NCBI GenBank assembly: GCA_964546275.1
Contig: CAZJJG010000002.1
Span: 11,619 to 75,618, forward strand
Direction of reading: 5' to 3'
Origin: an uncultured Gammaproteobacteria bacterium
GTDB lineage: Bacteria; Pseudomonadota; Gammaproteobacteria; Magnimaribacterales; D2472
DNA length: 64,000 bases
Position 1 is the first letter of the stretch. Each line of letters begins with the position of its first letter. The translations under genes and the position numbers were made by a program. Below, in pieces: positions 22,243 to 31,683 of this stretch. Under the pieces are notes generated by a model. The model was not told the origin of the DNA. It did not search any database and saw nothing but the letters and a program-made list of their open reading frames with translations.

Positions 22243-23169
22243 TTAAAATTTATATTCAAAACCTAATGAGGTTGAAGAAGTATCTTTTAAATTAATATCT
22301 TTACTCATTTTTGAATAATGTATGAAAGTTTTAATATTTTGTTTAATTCTATGTGAATAGCCAATGGATTTCTGTTCTCCTGCATTTATTTTCATATCAG
22401 ATTTAGTGCTTTGGAATAAGATGTTTCCTTTTTCTGAAATCTTTCTTTTTAAGCTAAATACAGATCCTGAATTAGATATGTTTGATGATAAATCTTTTGA
22501 AGACTGGTACAGCAAACCAATATTATAATCATCAATAGGTATCATAATTGCTAACCTTTGGCTGTCGTATCCCTTGGCCTTCCTGTCAAAAGCTAAAGAA
22601 GTTTGAATTTTCCCTATGCTGTAGTAAATAGATGAAGACTTATAGGAGTCATTAGATTGGCTAATAGAATTAAACGTAACTGTTAAACCTTTTATAATCT
22701 CTGGGCTCGTATAACCAATAAAACTATTCATTCTATTCTCCCCATGTAAAAGATATTTAATGTCAGATCTGGTGTCATTAAAAAGATCAACTTTTAGCTG
22801 AGCTTGTTTGAAGGCGGTATCATGTGTTCCAGTGAATATCTTTCCGAAAGATCCATTAAGTGCAATAAAAGTATTTCTATCTTTAAAAACTTTACCCTTA
22901 TCTGCCCTTCCATCAGTTGGATCTATTTCTTTCTCAACTTGAAAAGATAAATTAAGGCTTTCAGATAATTTCCATGAGCCTTTTATTCCAAATCTTGAAG
23001 CATTATTTTTAAAATCAGTTTCATGCGATGTATTAGTTTTATGATCTTCGAGGCTTATATGAAGCTTGCCATATATAGAGCCCTCATAATTTATCTCGCT
23101 AGAATTAACTGTAAAACTAATTAATAAAATATTAAATACTAAAAAATTAAGATAAGATTTTGTGAACAT
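22243..23169 (-). CDS. Outer-membrane porin (general Gram-negative porin family)
   Basis: 308 aa with a signal peptide, an alternating amphipathic beta pattern, an early NASRFGIKG motif and the terminal ...GFEYKF. Confidence 0.6.
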   Translation of the reverse strand: MFTKSYLNFLVFNILLISFTVNSSEINYEGSIYGKLHISLEDHKTNTSHETDFKNNASRFGIKGSWKLSESLNLSFQVEKEIDPTDGRADKGKVFKDRNTFIALNGSFGKIFTGTHDTAFKQAQLKVDLFNDTRSDIKYLLHGENRMNSFIGYTSPEIIKGLTVTFNSISQSNDSYKSSSIYYSIGKIQTSLAFDRKAKGYDSQRLAIMIPIDDYNIGLLYQSSKDLSSNISNSGSVFSLKRKISEKGNILFQSTKSDMKINAGEQKSIGYSHRIKQNIKTFIHYSKMSKDINLKDTSSTSLGFEYKF

Positions 23170-23194
23170 TTTATCTCCCAGCGCTAGCTATTAA

Positions 23195-24445
23195 TTAAAT
23201 ACCAAATATTAATCTAAGTAATATATAAAATAATATTGTAAATGCAGCCCCTGCTGGGATAGTTACAAGCCAGGATGCAATTATTCTTTTGATAGAGCTT
23301 AGATCTAAATGCTCTACTCCTTTTGCTAAACCTACACCTATAACACCTCCTACAAGTGTATGAGTAGTTGAAATTGGAAATCCAAGATATGAGGCAGCTA
23401 CAACAGTAGAAGCAGTTGCCATTTCAGCTGAAAATCCAAGACTCGGAGTAAGATTTGTTATTTTTTTTCCGACAGTCTCTATTACTCTTGAGCCAAGTGT
23501 AGCAAGACCAAAAACAATACCTATGCCTCCAATAAATAGAATCCATGGACTAATAGCAGCTTTTGAACCAATTTCACCAGTATCAACAACGCTAACAATA
23601 GCTGCAAGAGGACCAATTGCATTCGCTACATCATTAGACCCATGAGCAAATGCCATGGCGCTTGCTGAGACTATCATAAGTAAGCCAAAAGCAAATTCAA
23701 TTCCACCATCGCGTAAGATCTTTTCCTTGTTTGTTCTTAAAAAGAAGGCTGTGCCAAGAGCAACAATTGAACTAAATAATAAAATAAATAGATATATCTC
23801 ATTATCAGTCCATTCAATTCCGACATGCTTTAATCCTTTTCTTGCAGTTACTAGAGAGATAACAACAGCCACCATGAAGCTATACATGGGTATAAAGGTT
23901 ATTGCTGCTTTCTCAGGTTCAGAACGATCTAAAATGAGTTTTTTTGCAGAAATATATAGACCAAATGCTAAAGCTCCAGAAAATAATGGAGAAGTAATCC
24001 AGCTCATGGCTATATTGCCAACTTTTCCCCAAGAAACGGCATCTACACCCTTAGTTATAAGCGCAAAACCAATAATCGAACCTACAATAGAATGTGTTGT
24101 TGAGACTGGCCAGCCTTTCAAGCTTGCAATATAAAGCCAAGTACCACCAGCAAGCAAAGCAGACATCATGCCAATGATAAAAATATTAATATCATTTGCG
24201 TAGATATTAGGATCAATAATACCTTTACGAATAGTTGAGGTTACCTCTCCGCCTGCTAAAAAAGCTCCAAGAAATTCAAAAATGGCAGCAATAATAATTG
24301 CTTGTTTAATAGTAATAGCATTACTTCCAACAGAAGTTCCCATTGAGTTAGCAACATCATTAGCGCCTATACCAAAGGCCATAAAAAACCCAATAAATCC
24401 TGCAAGTAGGAGTATTGTGTAGGGATCAAGAAATAAAGTTTCCAT
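23195..24445 (-). CDS. Inorganic phosphate transporter, PiT family
   Basis: 416 aa with two copies of the PiT signature (GANDVANSMGTSVGS and GSNDVANAIGP). Confidence 0.9.
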   Translation of the reverse strand: METLFLDPYTILLLAGFIGFFMAFGIGANDVANSMGTSVGSNAITIKQAIIIAAIFEFLGAFLAGGEVTSTIRKGIIDPNIYANDINIFIIGMMSALLAGGTWLYIASLKGWPVSTTHSIVGSIIGFALITKGVDAVSWGKVGNIAMSWITSPLFSGALAFGLYISAKKLILDRSEPEKAAITFIPMYSFMVAVVISLVTARKGLKHVGIEWTDNEIYLFILLFSSIVALGTAFFLRTNKEKILRDGGIEFAFGLLMIVSASAMAFAHGSNDVANAIGPLAAIVSVVDTGEIGSKAAISPWILFIGGIGIVFGLATLGSRVIETVGKKITNLTPSLGFSAEMATASTVVAASYLGFPISTTHTLVGGVIGVGLAKGVEHLDLSSIKRIIASWLVTIPAGAAFTILFYILLRLIFGI

Positions 24446-24539
24446 AATTTTTATAGTTATTAAATTAAATTATGGTTCTATTTAAACTTTCGAATGTGAC
24501 ATCTTTGTTAAGAAACTTATACTTTTAAGTGAATTAGTT

Positions 24540-24995
24540 TTACAAAGAAAAAATGAGGGTATATCTTTTTATATCATTAAGCCTAGCTACCTCTAAAGAG
24601 ACAGGCGACTTTCCAATAAGAGCAGTTGACTCCTCTACAAACACCAATGACTTCTCTAAATCATTCATTATATAAACTATCTTTAGAGACGAAGTATCAG
24701 CCGTACGAGAATAATTTATTAATTCATTACTGATCGCCATTTGATCAATCTTTATGTATATAGCATCTGCATTTAATTCAAAACTTTGTTGAGCAAGATT
24801 TGCTGATAAGTCCTGCGCTCTTCTGAAAACATAATTGTAATCAGACTTAGATGAATTTAATATTTTTGATGAAGTTTTAAGGTTACTAAAGAGATTTGTA
24901 GTTGCAGAAAGAATAATTCCAGTAAGAATAATAATAATTAGAATAATTATTAAATTCTTTTCTCGACTTTGAAGGCTATTAAAGAGATCTTTCAT
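24540..24995 (-). CDS. gspM: Type II secretion system protein M
   Basis: 151 aa. The N-terminal LQSREKNLIIILIIII (RE + TM) is typical of GspM, and it is the last gene of the gsp operon. Confidence 0.6.
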   Translation of the reverse strand: MKDLFNSLQSREKNLIIILIIIILTGIILSATTNLFSNLKTSSKILNSSKSDYNYVFRRAQDLSANLAQQSFELNADAIYIKIDQMAISNELINYSRTADTSSLKIVYIMNDLEKSLVFVEESTALIGKSPVSLEVARLNDIKRYTLIFSL

Positions 24996-26161
24996 TATTT
25001 AGGTAATCCAATTAGCACTGTTCCTGAAACTTTCCCATTAACAATTTCAGTATTATCTTGAATTAAAATTAGGTTTGATTGAGGCAAGAGAGTCATTAGA
25101 AATTTAAACTGATTACTTCCAAGTTCTGACAGAGTGAGGGTAGCTTCAGATGTTTCTACATTCATGAAAACCTTAGTTAATTGCGGAATATCCAATACTT
25201 TCAAGCTATCCATACCAGAAATACTAATTCTATTGGTTTTAACTAAATTATATGAATTAAGTATTTCATCAATTTGTCTACGTGGGTTAACTACTTTTTT
25301 GATGTTGGGATTAATTTTTTTAAAAAGATTTACAGTTTCATTCTTGTATTGATCAGCGTAGCTGTTATTTAAGTAAGTTGTTACTAGTGGATATGCGACG
25401 GTCAAACAAAGCGCTGTTATGGCTATGACCATGTCCAATCTATTGATCTGTAATCTTTTGATCCAGTAAGTAATTGAGAAACTTGACTTGTATAAATTTG
25501 GAAGGCTGCTGTAATTTTTTGCAAAGTTGGAGTGAAGATCTTCTAAAGTTAATTCTTCAAGATTAGTACTTTTATATGTATTTATTAGAATTTCATCATT
25601 GGAAAAAATCTTAGGATCAAAATCAATTCTTTCTTGTTTCACTAAATCGATATAGTCTTGGACGGTAGACTCAGTTTGAGAAAATCCCTCACCAGAATTA
25701 AAAGAAAATATAAAACGATCTGCAACTTTAAATATAGAAGATCTTTTTTTTAAAAATCCGAGAAAATGTTCTGGATAAATATAAATTTTTGAACCGGTAG
25801 ATCTTAGATTATTAACAAGATCTTTTAAGTAGTTATTGCTTATCAGGATTGCAAGATTAAGGTCTGAGCTCTTATAAATAAAAATTTCATTTTCTGATAT
25901 ATCACTAACAATATAGTCATCCATATTAGAGAGTAATTTTGCACGAGTAGCTTCATCGCTATCTCCTTCTATTGCCTCTATTCCTATTGAAGATAAGTTT
26001 GAGGAAGGTACAAAATAAAATATTTCAGAATCTGAATCTATATGATCTGAAATATCAGTTAACTCAATTTGCGTTTTTGTTTGGAAGATATTATTAACAT
26101 AATAAAAAAGATCTAATCTATTAGGACTATTTGATGATGTATGTATAAAGTATCTATTCAT
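24995..26161 (-). CDS. gspL: Type II secretion system protein L
   Basis: 388 aa with a cytoplasmic domain, a single TM (MVIAITALCLTVAYPLV) and a periplasmic domain. The position between gspK and gspM drives the call, and the sequence is highly divergent. Confidence 0.6.
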   Translation of the reverse strand: MNRYFIHTSSNSPNRLDLFYYVNNIFQTKTQIELTDISDHIDSDSEIFYFVPSSNLSSIGIEAIEGDSDEATRAKLLSNMDDYIVSDISENEIFIYKSSDLNLAILISNNYLKDLVNNLRSTGSKIYIYPEHFLGFLKKRSSIFKVADRFIFSFNSGEGFSQTESTVQDYIDLVKQERIDFDPKIFSNDEILINTYKSTNLEELTLEDLHSNFAKNYSSLPNLYKSSFSITYWIKRLQINRLDMVIAITALCLTVAYPLVTTYLNNSYADQYKNETVNLFKKINPNIKKVVNPRRQIDEILNSYNLVKTNRISISGMDSLKVLDIPQLTKVFMNVETSEATLTLSELGSNQFKFLMTLLPQSNLILIQDNTEIVNGKVSGTVLIGLPK

Positions 26162-26171
26162 ATTTATTTAT

Positions 26172-27146
26172 CTATAAACCATTGTATGTTCTAGAAATAA
26201 TATATCCATTTTTATTATTTTCTAGATAAATAATACTTTGTGAACTTATTTCCATATCTTCGCTCATTATCTCAGATTTAATAGAAAATAGATTTGATGT
26301 AAAAAAAATACTAGATTCACTATTTGCAAAATTAATACTTGGAAACTCCATCATAAGCTGAGATAAGTCAACGAAACCTTCTCTGGGAATATTTGCAATG
26401 ATCATCTCAGCTTCATTAAATCTTGCATTTGGTAATAAAGAAGATAGTAACTCTGCATCGCCCTCTTTTAAAGTATTAATATTAATTCTAGAACTGCCTG
26501 GAAGTGGTATTGAGCATAAATGACTAATTACCTTATCCCAGTTAAACAATCGAAAAGCCGGAAGATTTTTAAGCTCAGATAAATCATAGAATAATCTCTT
26601 ACTTGTATACTGCTGGGGTGAATGAAGAGGTCCAGTATAAAAATAGTCTTCTAAACCACCACCTCTTGGTTGATTATCTTGATCAATCCAATCAAGCATT
26701 TGATCAATTAAAGAATCTATATTCCTTTCATCAAACTCTTGATACATGAGCAATTTTTTAAAAGCTGCTATACCTCTTGGATTTTGAACATATTTATTAT
26801 TAGATAAAGAAACTATCGAATTTATATTCAAGCAATTAGATGCATCTGATATTTGAGCATATAGTTGACCATTTGGCAGCTCAAAGTAAAAAGTCTCTTT
26901 AAATAAAGGGTCGTCTTTGGTAAGAACTTGAGCTCCAAATCTATTTTTTTCTTCAATTTTTTGAATAGAAATAGACTCCAGATTTTTAAATAGCTCAAGG
27001 CTATTGGATTCTAAGTCTTGATACACAGAGCGTTTAAAAGCTAAAAGGAAATTATTTCCAATTGACATAGCTATAGCTGATAGCACAAGAACTATTAATA
27101 GAACTGAGATTAAAATAACCCCTTTATCTTTATTTTTTATATACAT
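26172..27146 (-). CDS. gspK: Type II secretion minor pseudopilin K
   Basis: 324 aa with an N-terminal GVILISVLLIVLVLSAIAMS hydrophobic segment lacking Glu5, as in GspK. Size and position fit. Confidence 0.7.
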   Translation of the reverse strand: MYIKNKDKGVILISVLLIVLVLSAIAMSIGNNFLLAFKRSVYQDLESNSLELFKNLESISIQKIEEKNRFGAQVLTKDDPLFKETFYFELPNGQLYAQISDASNCLNINSIVSLSNNKYVQNPRGIAAFKKLLMYQEFDERNIDSLIDQMLDWIDQDNQPRGGGLEDYFYTGPLHSPQQYTSKRLFYDLSELKNLPAFRLFNWDKVISHLCSIPLPGSSRININTLKEGDAELLSSLLPNARFNEAEMIIANIPREGFVDLSQLMMEFPSINFANSESSIFFTSNLFSIKSEIMSEDMEISSQSIIYLENNKNGYIISRTYNGL

Positions 27147-27750
27147 AATCTATATTCGGATTAATAAACCACTCGTATCGCAAGCCATCTTTAATAAAAG
27201 ATATTTTTACTAATTCAGGTATTTTATTTTTAGTAATGATATCCATGGGCCACACCAAATACCATTTAGCGCTATTCATATAGCTAAATTCTATTTCAGA
27301 AATATTATTTAATAAGACTGTCTCGAAAAACTCGTCATAAGAGTATGGATTATCTGCATAATATTGCTTTCTAATAAAAGCATTGTCTTGAAAAAGGTAT
27401 TCAACTCTTCTAACTTTAGTTGTAGAAAACGATGAGTTTACTAAGGTAGTAAATATTATAGAGTTAGCAGTCTGATCAGCAATAAAATTGCCTTTAAGGT
27501 TATTGCCAAAATAATCTCTTATAGGAACATTGAGTATTTGACGCATATCTCTTCTAACAATACTAGAAGCTATATTAAGTTCTTTAATTTTTTGAAGTTT
27601 ATTAGCTCCTTGTTCTCTAGCTTCAATTGAAGATTGTAAAAAATTTGTCGATACAACAGCAATAATACTAAGTATTACTATAGAAACTAAAACTTCAATT
27701 AAGGTAAAGCCTTTTTCATGCTTATTTAACAAGATATCCCCTTGCTTCAT
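27130..27750 (-). CDS. gspJ: Type II secretion minor pseudopilin J
   Basis: 206 aa with the prepilin motif KG|FTLIEVLVSIVILSIIAV. Position in the operon fits. Confidence 0.75.
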   Translation of the reverse strand: MKQGDILLNKHEKGFTLIEVLVSIVILSIIAVVSTNFLQSSIEAREQGANKLQKIKELNIASSIVRRDMRQILNVPIRDYFGNNLKGNFIADQTANSIIFTTLVNSSFSTTKVRRVEYLFQDNAFIRKQYYADNPYSYDEFFETVLLNNISEIEFSYMNSAKWYLVWPMDIITKNKIPELVKISFIKDGLRYEWFINPNIDYVYKK

Positions 27751-28087
27751 AAATATAATTAGAGGCTGCTGATTTTTTTATAAGAATTGAGTACTCGTAT
27801 ACATTTATCGCTGGTCCTTTAGTAATTTCCTCTTTCCACTCCCACTCAATACCAGCCATATCAATACTGCCCTTTCTTGTCCCACTTCCTTTAGGTATAT
27901 CTAAAGTGTTCATTAAAGCAACTCTATTATTGCCAATTTCTCTAGCTAGATATCTATCCTCTAGTTCATAGATGGAGATAGTTGTAGAAGATATAACTTG
28001 ATATATAGCAATTACAGATGTGCTTAAGATTAAAAGAGCGATTGCAACTTCTAATAGACTGAAACCTTTATTTAATCTTGGTTTCAT
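27722..28087 (-). CDS. gspI: Type II secretion minor pseudopilin I
   Basis: 121 aa with the prepilin motif KG|FSLLEVAIALLILS. Size and position are typical of GspI. Confidence 0.75.
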   Translation of the reverse strand: MKPRLNKGFSLLEVAIALLILSTSVIAIYQVISSTTISIYELEDRYLAREIGNNRVALMNTLDIPKGSGTRKGSIDMAGIEWEWKEEITKGPAINVYEYSILIKKSAASNYIYEARGYLVK

Positions 28088-28589
28088 TGTTTATCTTTCC
28101 ATTTTGAGAAATGGTAATTTGTTGAATGTATTCATCTCTATAAATATATAGCTCAGCTCCTGAATTTTCACCAGATGGAAAAAAAGTTATAACAGGATAA
28201 TCGGTAATCTCAGCATTTAACTCAACCTCCTCACCATCGCTACCCTTTATAATCTTTTGATATTCAGAGATGCTATTCCAATATGCGCTTAATGATTCTG
28301 AGTTATATTCAATATCCTTATTACCCGATGCATCTAATACGTATATTTTTTGGAATGAATTTCCAGGAAACCAACCAAGAATCTTACTAGATAAGATGCT
28401 TTCTTCTGACATGATTTGAAAATTTCTTTCGACTGATACTCCACCTTTCATAATTTTTTCAATTGATGTGGTATTGATTAATACAACAGATGAAGCAATG
28501 CCAATTATTAAAAGTACTACAAGTAGCTCTAATAAAGTGAAGCCGTTTTTCTGTTTATTGTAGCCAGTTGCCGATGTCTGAATTTTCAC
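28068..28589 (-). CDS. gspH: Type II secretion minor pseudopilin H
   Basis: 173 aa with the prepilin motif NG|FTLLELLVVLLIIGIAS. Position after gspG fits. Confidence 0.75.
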   Translation of the reverse strand: MKIQTSATGYNKQKNGFTLLELLVVLLIIGIASSVVLINTTSIEKIMKGGVSVERNFQIMSEESILSSKILGWFPGNSFQKIYVLDASGNKDIEYNSESLSAYWNSISEYQKIIKGSDGEEVELNAEITDYPVITFFPSGENSGAELYIYRDEYIQQITISQNGKINNETKIK

Positions 28590-28983
28590 CAGTTCCGCCC
28601 TCTATTCCATCAGCTCCAAGTGAGTAAAGATCATAATTTTTAGATTTCTGAGGCGGGTATTCGTATATATACTCTCTTCCCCATGGATCAGCAGGAATTG
28701 AGCTAATATAACCTCCTTCTGGATATAAAAATGGTCTTTTTAATTCTGAGTGCGGCATTATTAAAGCATCGAGTCCTTGTGATGTAGCGGGATAAGTTAA
28801 TTCATTAAACTTATATAATTCTAAAGCTTTTCCTGTTTGAGCAATATCTGCTCTAGCCTTTTCTAAATTAGCTCTTTGTAAAAAAGGAGATACATTTACA
28901 GCAACAATTGTTGTGAGCATTCCAAGAATTACTATCACAATCATAAGCTCAATTAACGTAAAACCTTTTTCTTTATTTTTCAT
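28555..28983 (-). CDS. gspG: Type II secretion major pseudopilin G
   Basis: 142 aa with KG|FTLIELMIVIVILGML, followed by the conserved GspG core (...PATSQGLDAL...ADPWGREYIY...LYSLGADG). Confidence 0.9.
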   Translation of the reverse strand: MKNKEKGFTLIELMIVIVILGMLTTIVAVNVSPFLQRANLEKARADIAQTGKALELYKFNELTYPATSQGLDALIMPHSELKRPFLYPEGGYISSIPADPWGREYIYEYPPQKSKNYDLYSLGADGIEGGTGENSDIGNWLQ

Positions 28984-28988
28984 AAAAA

Positions 28989-30185
28989 TTATCCAAGTGT
29001 TAGGGTATTCATTTGCATGATAGGTATTAGTATAGCTAGAACTATCAATAGAATAAATCCGCCCATAAAAATAGTTATAACAGGCTCTAAAAGAGATAGC
29101 ATAACAGTTCTCTTTGATTCTATTTCTGACTTCATAAAATCTGAAACTTTTTTAAACATTTTTACTATGTTTCCAGACCTATAGCCGCTTGAAATAAGTT
29201 GAATAAATATATCAGGAAAGATATCTGTTTTGCTAAGTGCTAGAACAAAATCTTTACCTTCTACCACTTCTTTTCTAGCCTTATTAATAGAATTCTTTAG
29301 GTATTTATTACCTATGACTTTTGAAGACTCTTCCATAGCTAGGTCTAAATTCATACCAGAATCAGTAAGCAAGAACATAGTGCTAGAAAATCTTTCAATT
29401 TCACTGTGAAGCATAAATTTACCCACTAGTGGAAGCGACAGTATTTTTTGGTGAGCTCTGATATGATTTTCTGGGTCAGATATATAGCTTTTATAAAGAA
29501 ATGTTAGCCCTGTGACTAAAAGAAAAAAACCAATCACAATAAAGACGATATTATTTGAAATGGATAAGAGCATTGAAGTAAGAAAAGGAAGTTCAGCACC
29601 AGCTTTTACAAATTGCCCAACCACTTGAGGCATAACAAATGCAAGCAATGCGATAATAACTAAAACACAAAAGCAAACAAGAATTATTGGATATGCTAAA
29701 GCGGAGAAAATTTTCTGTTTAACTAGTGCACTCTCTTCAAGATAATCAGCTAAATTATCAAAGATAATATCTAAATTTCCAGAACTATCGCCAGCGGTTA
29801 CTAATGAAATATATGTATCTGAAAAAACCTGAGGATATTTACTCATTGCCTGTCCGAGACGCCTGCCTTGTATTACTTCATCCCTAAGATTGTAAAGAAT
29901 ATCTGCTATTGTTTCGTTATTATACTGATCTGCAGTAATTTTTAATGCTTCATCAATTGCAGAATCAGCATCCAGCAAAGTAGCAATTTGTCGAGTAATT
30001 AATACTAAATCTTTATCCTTTATTTTAATTTTGTTGTCTAAATTCTTATTTGATTCTTTAACAACTAAAGGTGATAAGTTTAATTCTTTGATTGCTCTTC
30101 TAGCTTCTCTTTCAGATGAGGCTGTTAAAAAGCCTTTTTCCTTTTTTCCAGAATTATTAAAGGCTGTGTAACTATAAGCTGGCAT
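28989..30185 (-). CDS. gspF: Type II secretion inner-membrane platform protein F
   Basis: 398 aa with two T2SSF repeats and three TM segments. The C-terminus EPVITIFMGGFILLIVLAILIPIMQM is typical. Confidence 0.9.
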   Translation of the reverse strand: MPAYSYTAFNNSGKKEKGFLTASSEREARRAIKELNLSPLVVKESNKNLDNKIKIKDKDLVLITRQIATLLDADSAIDEALKITADQYNNETIADILYNLRDEVIQGRRLGQAMSKYPQVFSDTYISLVTAGDSSGNLDIIFDNLADYLEESALVKQKIFSALAYPIILVCFCVLVIIALLAFVMPQVVGQFVKAGAELPFLTSMLLSISNNIVFIVIGFFLLVTGLTFLYKSYISDPENHIRAHQKILSLPLVGKFMLHSEIERFSSTMFLLTDSGMNLDLAMEESSKVIGNKYLKNSINKARKEVVEGKDFVLALSKTDIFPDIFIQLISSGYRSGNIVKMFKKVSDFMKSEIESKRTVMLSLLEPVITIFMGGFILLIVLAILIPIMQMNTLTLG

Positions 30186-31677
30186 CTTCGGTCAAATTAT
30201 TAAGTCTCATTATTTCTTCAGATGAGGTTATACCATTAACAACAAGCTCTCTGCTTGCTGCATCTATAGAAGGCTGATCTTTAAATACGTGTTCAACGAT
30301 CTCCTGCTCAGATGCTTTTTGATGAATTAAGTCTCTTGTTATTTGATCAATTTGTATACATTCAGCAATAGCAATTCTTCCTTGAAATCCTGAGAATGAG
30401 CATGATGCACAACCTTCTGCTAAAAATGTTTTAGACTCATGATCTAAATTAAATAATCTAATGGCTTCTTTTGAAGGAATAGATTCTGCCTTGCATGAGT
30501 TGCATAATCTTCTTACTAAACGCTGGGAAATAATAGACCTTAAGCTTGAGGAAAGTAAAAATGATTCAATTCCCATGTCTCTAAGTCTAGTAATAGCCCC
30601 AACAGCACTATTGGTATGTACTGTTGATAGGACTAAATGCCCTGTTAAGCTAGATTGAATTGCAATCTGAGCAGTCTCTATATCTCTAATCTCACCAACC
30701 ATCATTACATCCGGATCTTGTCTTAACATTGCCCTCAAGCCCTTTGCAAAAGTGTAGCCTGTTTTGGTATTAACTTGGGTTTGTCCAATACCTTTTAAAG
30801 TATATTCAATAGGATCTTCTACTGTAAGAATATTTTGAGATGAATCACTTAACTCTCTAAGGCCTGCATATAAAGTTGTCGTTTTACCAGATCCAGTAGG
30901 CCCAGTAAAAAGAATAATACCTTCAGAGCTTTTTAGAGATTTTTTATAGTTATTAAGTATTGCTTCAGGAAGACCTAGGTCGTCTATGTTTATTTGGGCA
31001 GACTGTTTATCTAGCAATCGAAGGACAATTCTCTCGCCATAAGATGATGGGAGTGTAGACACCCTTACATCAACGCTTTTATCGCCTAATGAAAGTGAAA
31101 CTCTTCCATCCTGAGGGAGTCTTCTTTCAGATATATCTAATCTAGAAATAATCTTTATTCTAGCAATAACCAAAGAGGCTATTCTGCTATCTTGAGTTAA
31201 AACTTCTTTTAATATTCCATCAACCCTAAATCTAATTACAAGCTGATCTTCATATGGTTCAAAATGAATATCGGAAGCTCTTTGTTTTATTGCTTGGCTA
31301 ATAATTCCATTAATTAATTTAATAATAGGTGCGTCATTATTTCCATTTAATAAATCCTCAGTTGGCGCAATATTCCCTGCAAATGACTCCAGATCAAAAT
31401 CATCAGATAATTCTTCAGATAAAGTATCAGATGTATCTTTAGATCCAAAAGTTTTCGTTAGCATTTCATTAAATGCTTCAGCAGAACATTTATTAACAAA
31501 AAAAGGTTTATCAAGATACCTTGATAGCTCTTGGTATGTTCTTACATTAATGGCGTTAGGAGAATAAACATTACACACATCCTCAGAATCCAGTGCAATA
31601 ATCATCCTGTCTCTTACATAATCATAAGGAAGAATATTAGAGATGGACTCTATTTTTCCAGCAATTAGGTCGTCCAT
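30172..31677 (-). CDS. gspE: Type II secretion ATPase E
   Basis: 501 aa with Walker A GPTGSGKTTT, Asp and His boxes (DPDVMMVGEIRD; GHLVLSTVHTN) and the tetracysteine motif CNSC...CASC. Confidence 0.95.
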   Translation of the reverse strand: MDDLIAGKIESISNILPYDYVRDRMIIALDSEDVCNVYSPNAINVRTYQELSRYLDKPFFVNKCSAEAFNEMLTKTFGSKDTSDTLSEELSDDFDLESFAGNIAPTEDLLNGNNDAPIIKLINGIISQAIKQRASDIHFEPYEDQLVIRFRVDGILKEVLTQDSRIASLVIARIKIISRLDISERRLPQDGRVSLSLGDKSVDVRVSTLPSSYGERIVLRLLDKQSAQINIDDLGLPEAILNNYKKSLKSSEGIILFTGPTGSGKTTTLYAGLRELSDSSQNILTVEDPIEYTLKGIGQTQVNTKTGYTFAKGLRAMLRQDPDVMMVGEIRDIETAQIAIQSSLTGHLVLSTVHTNSAVGAITRLRDMGIESFLLSSSLRSIISQRLVRRLCNSCKAESIPSKEAIRLFNLDHESKTFLAEGCASCSFSGFQGRIAIAECIQIDQITRDLIHQKASEQEIVEHVFKDQPSIDAASRELVVNGITSSEEIMRLNNLTEDASL

Positions 31678-31683
31678 AAAATT

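Noticed and set aside
23655-24134. 159-aa plus-strand ORF antisense to the PiT transporter. Similar long antisense ORFs occur at 57615..58115 (inside pyk), 59590..60072 (inside glcB), 37149..37436 (inside the acyl-CoA synthetase) and 9109..9393 (inside ftsK).
   Set aside because: Each lies entirely within a gene with strong, recognisable family motifs on the opposite strand. Their translations are low-complexity (Ser/Leu/Ile/Pro-rich) with no recognisable domains or RBS. They are typical shadow ORFs of AT-rich coding sequence.
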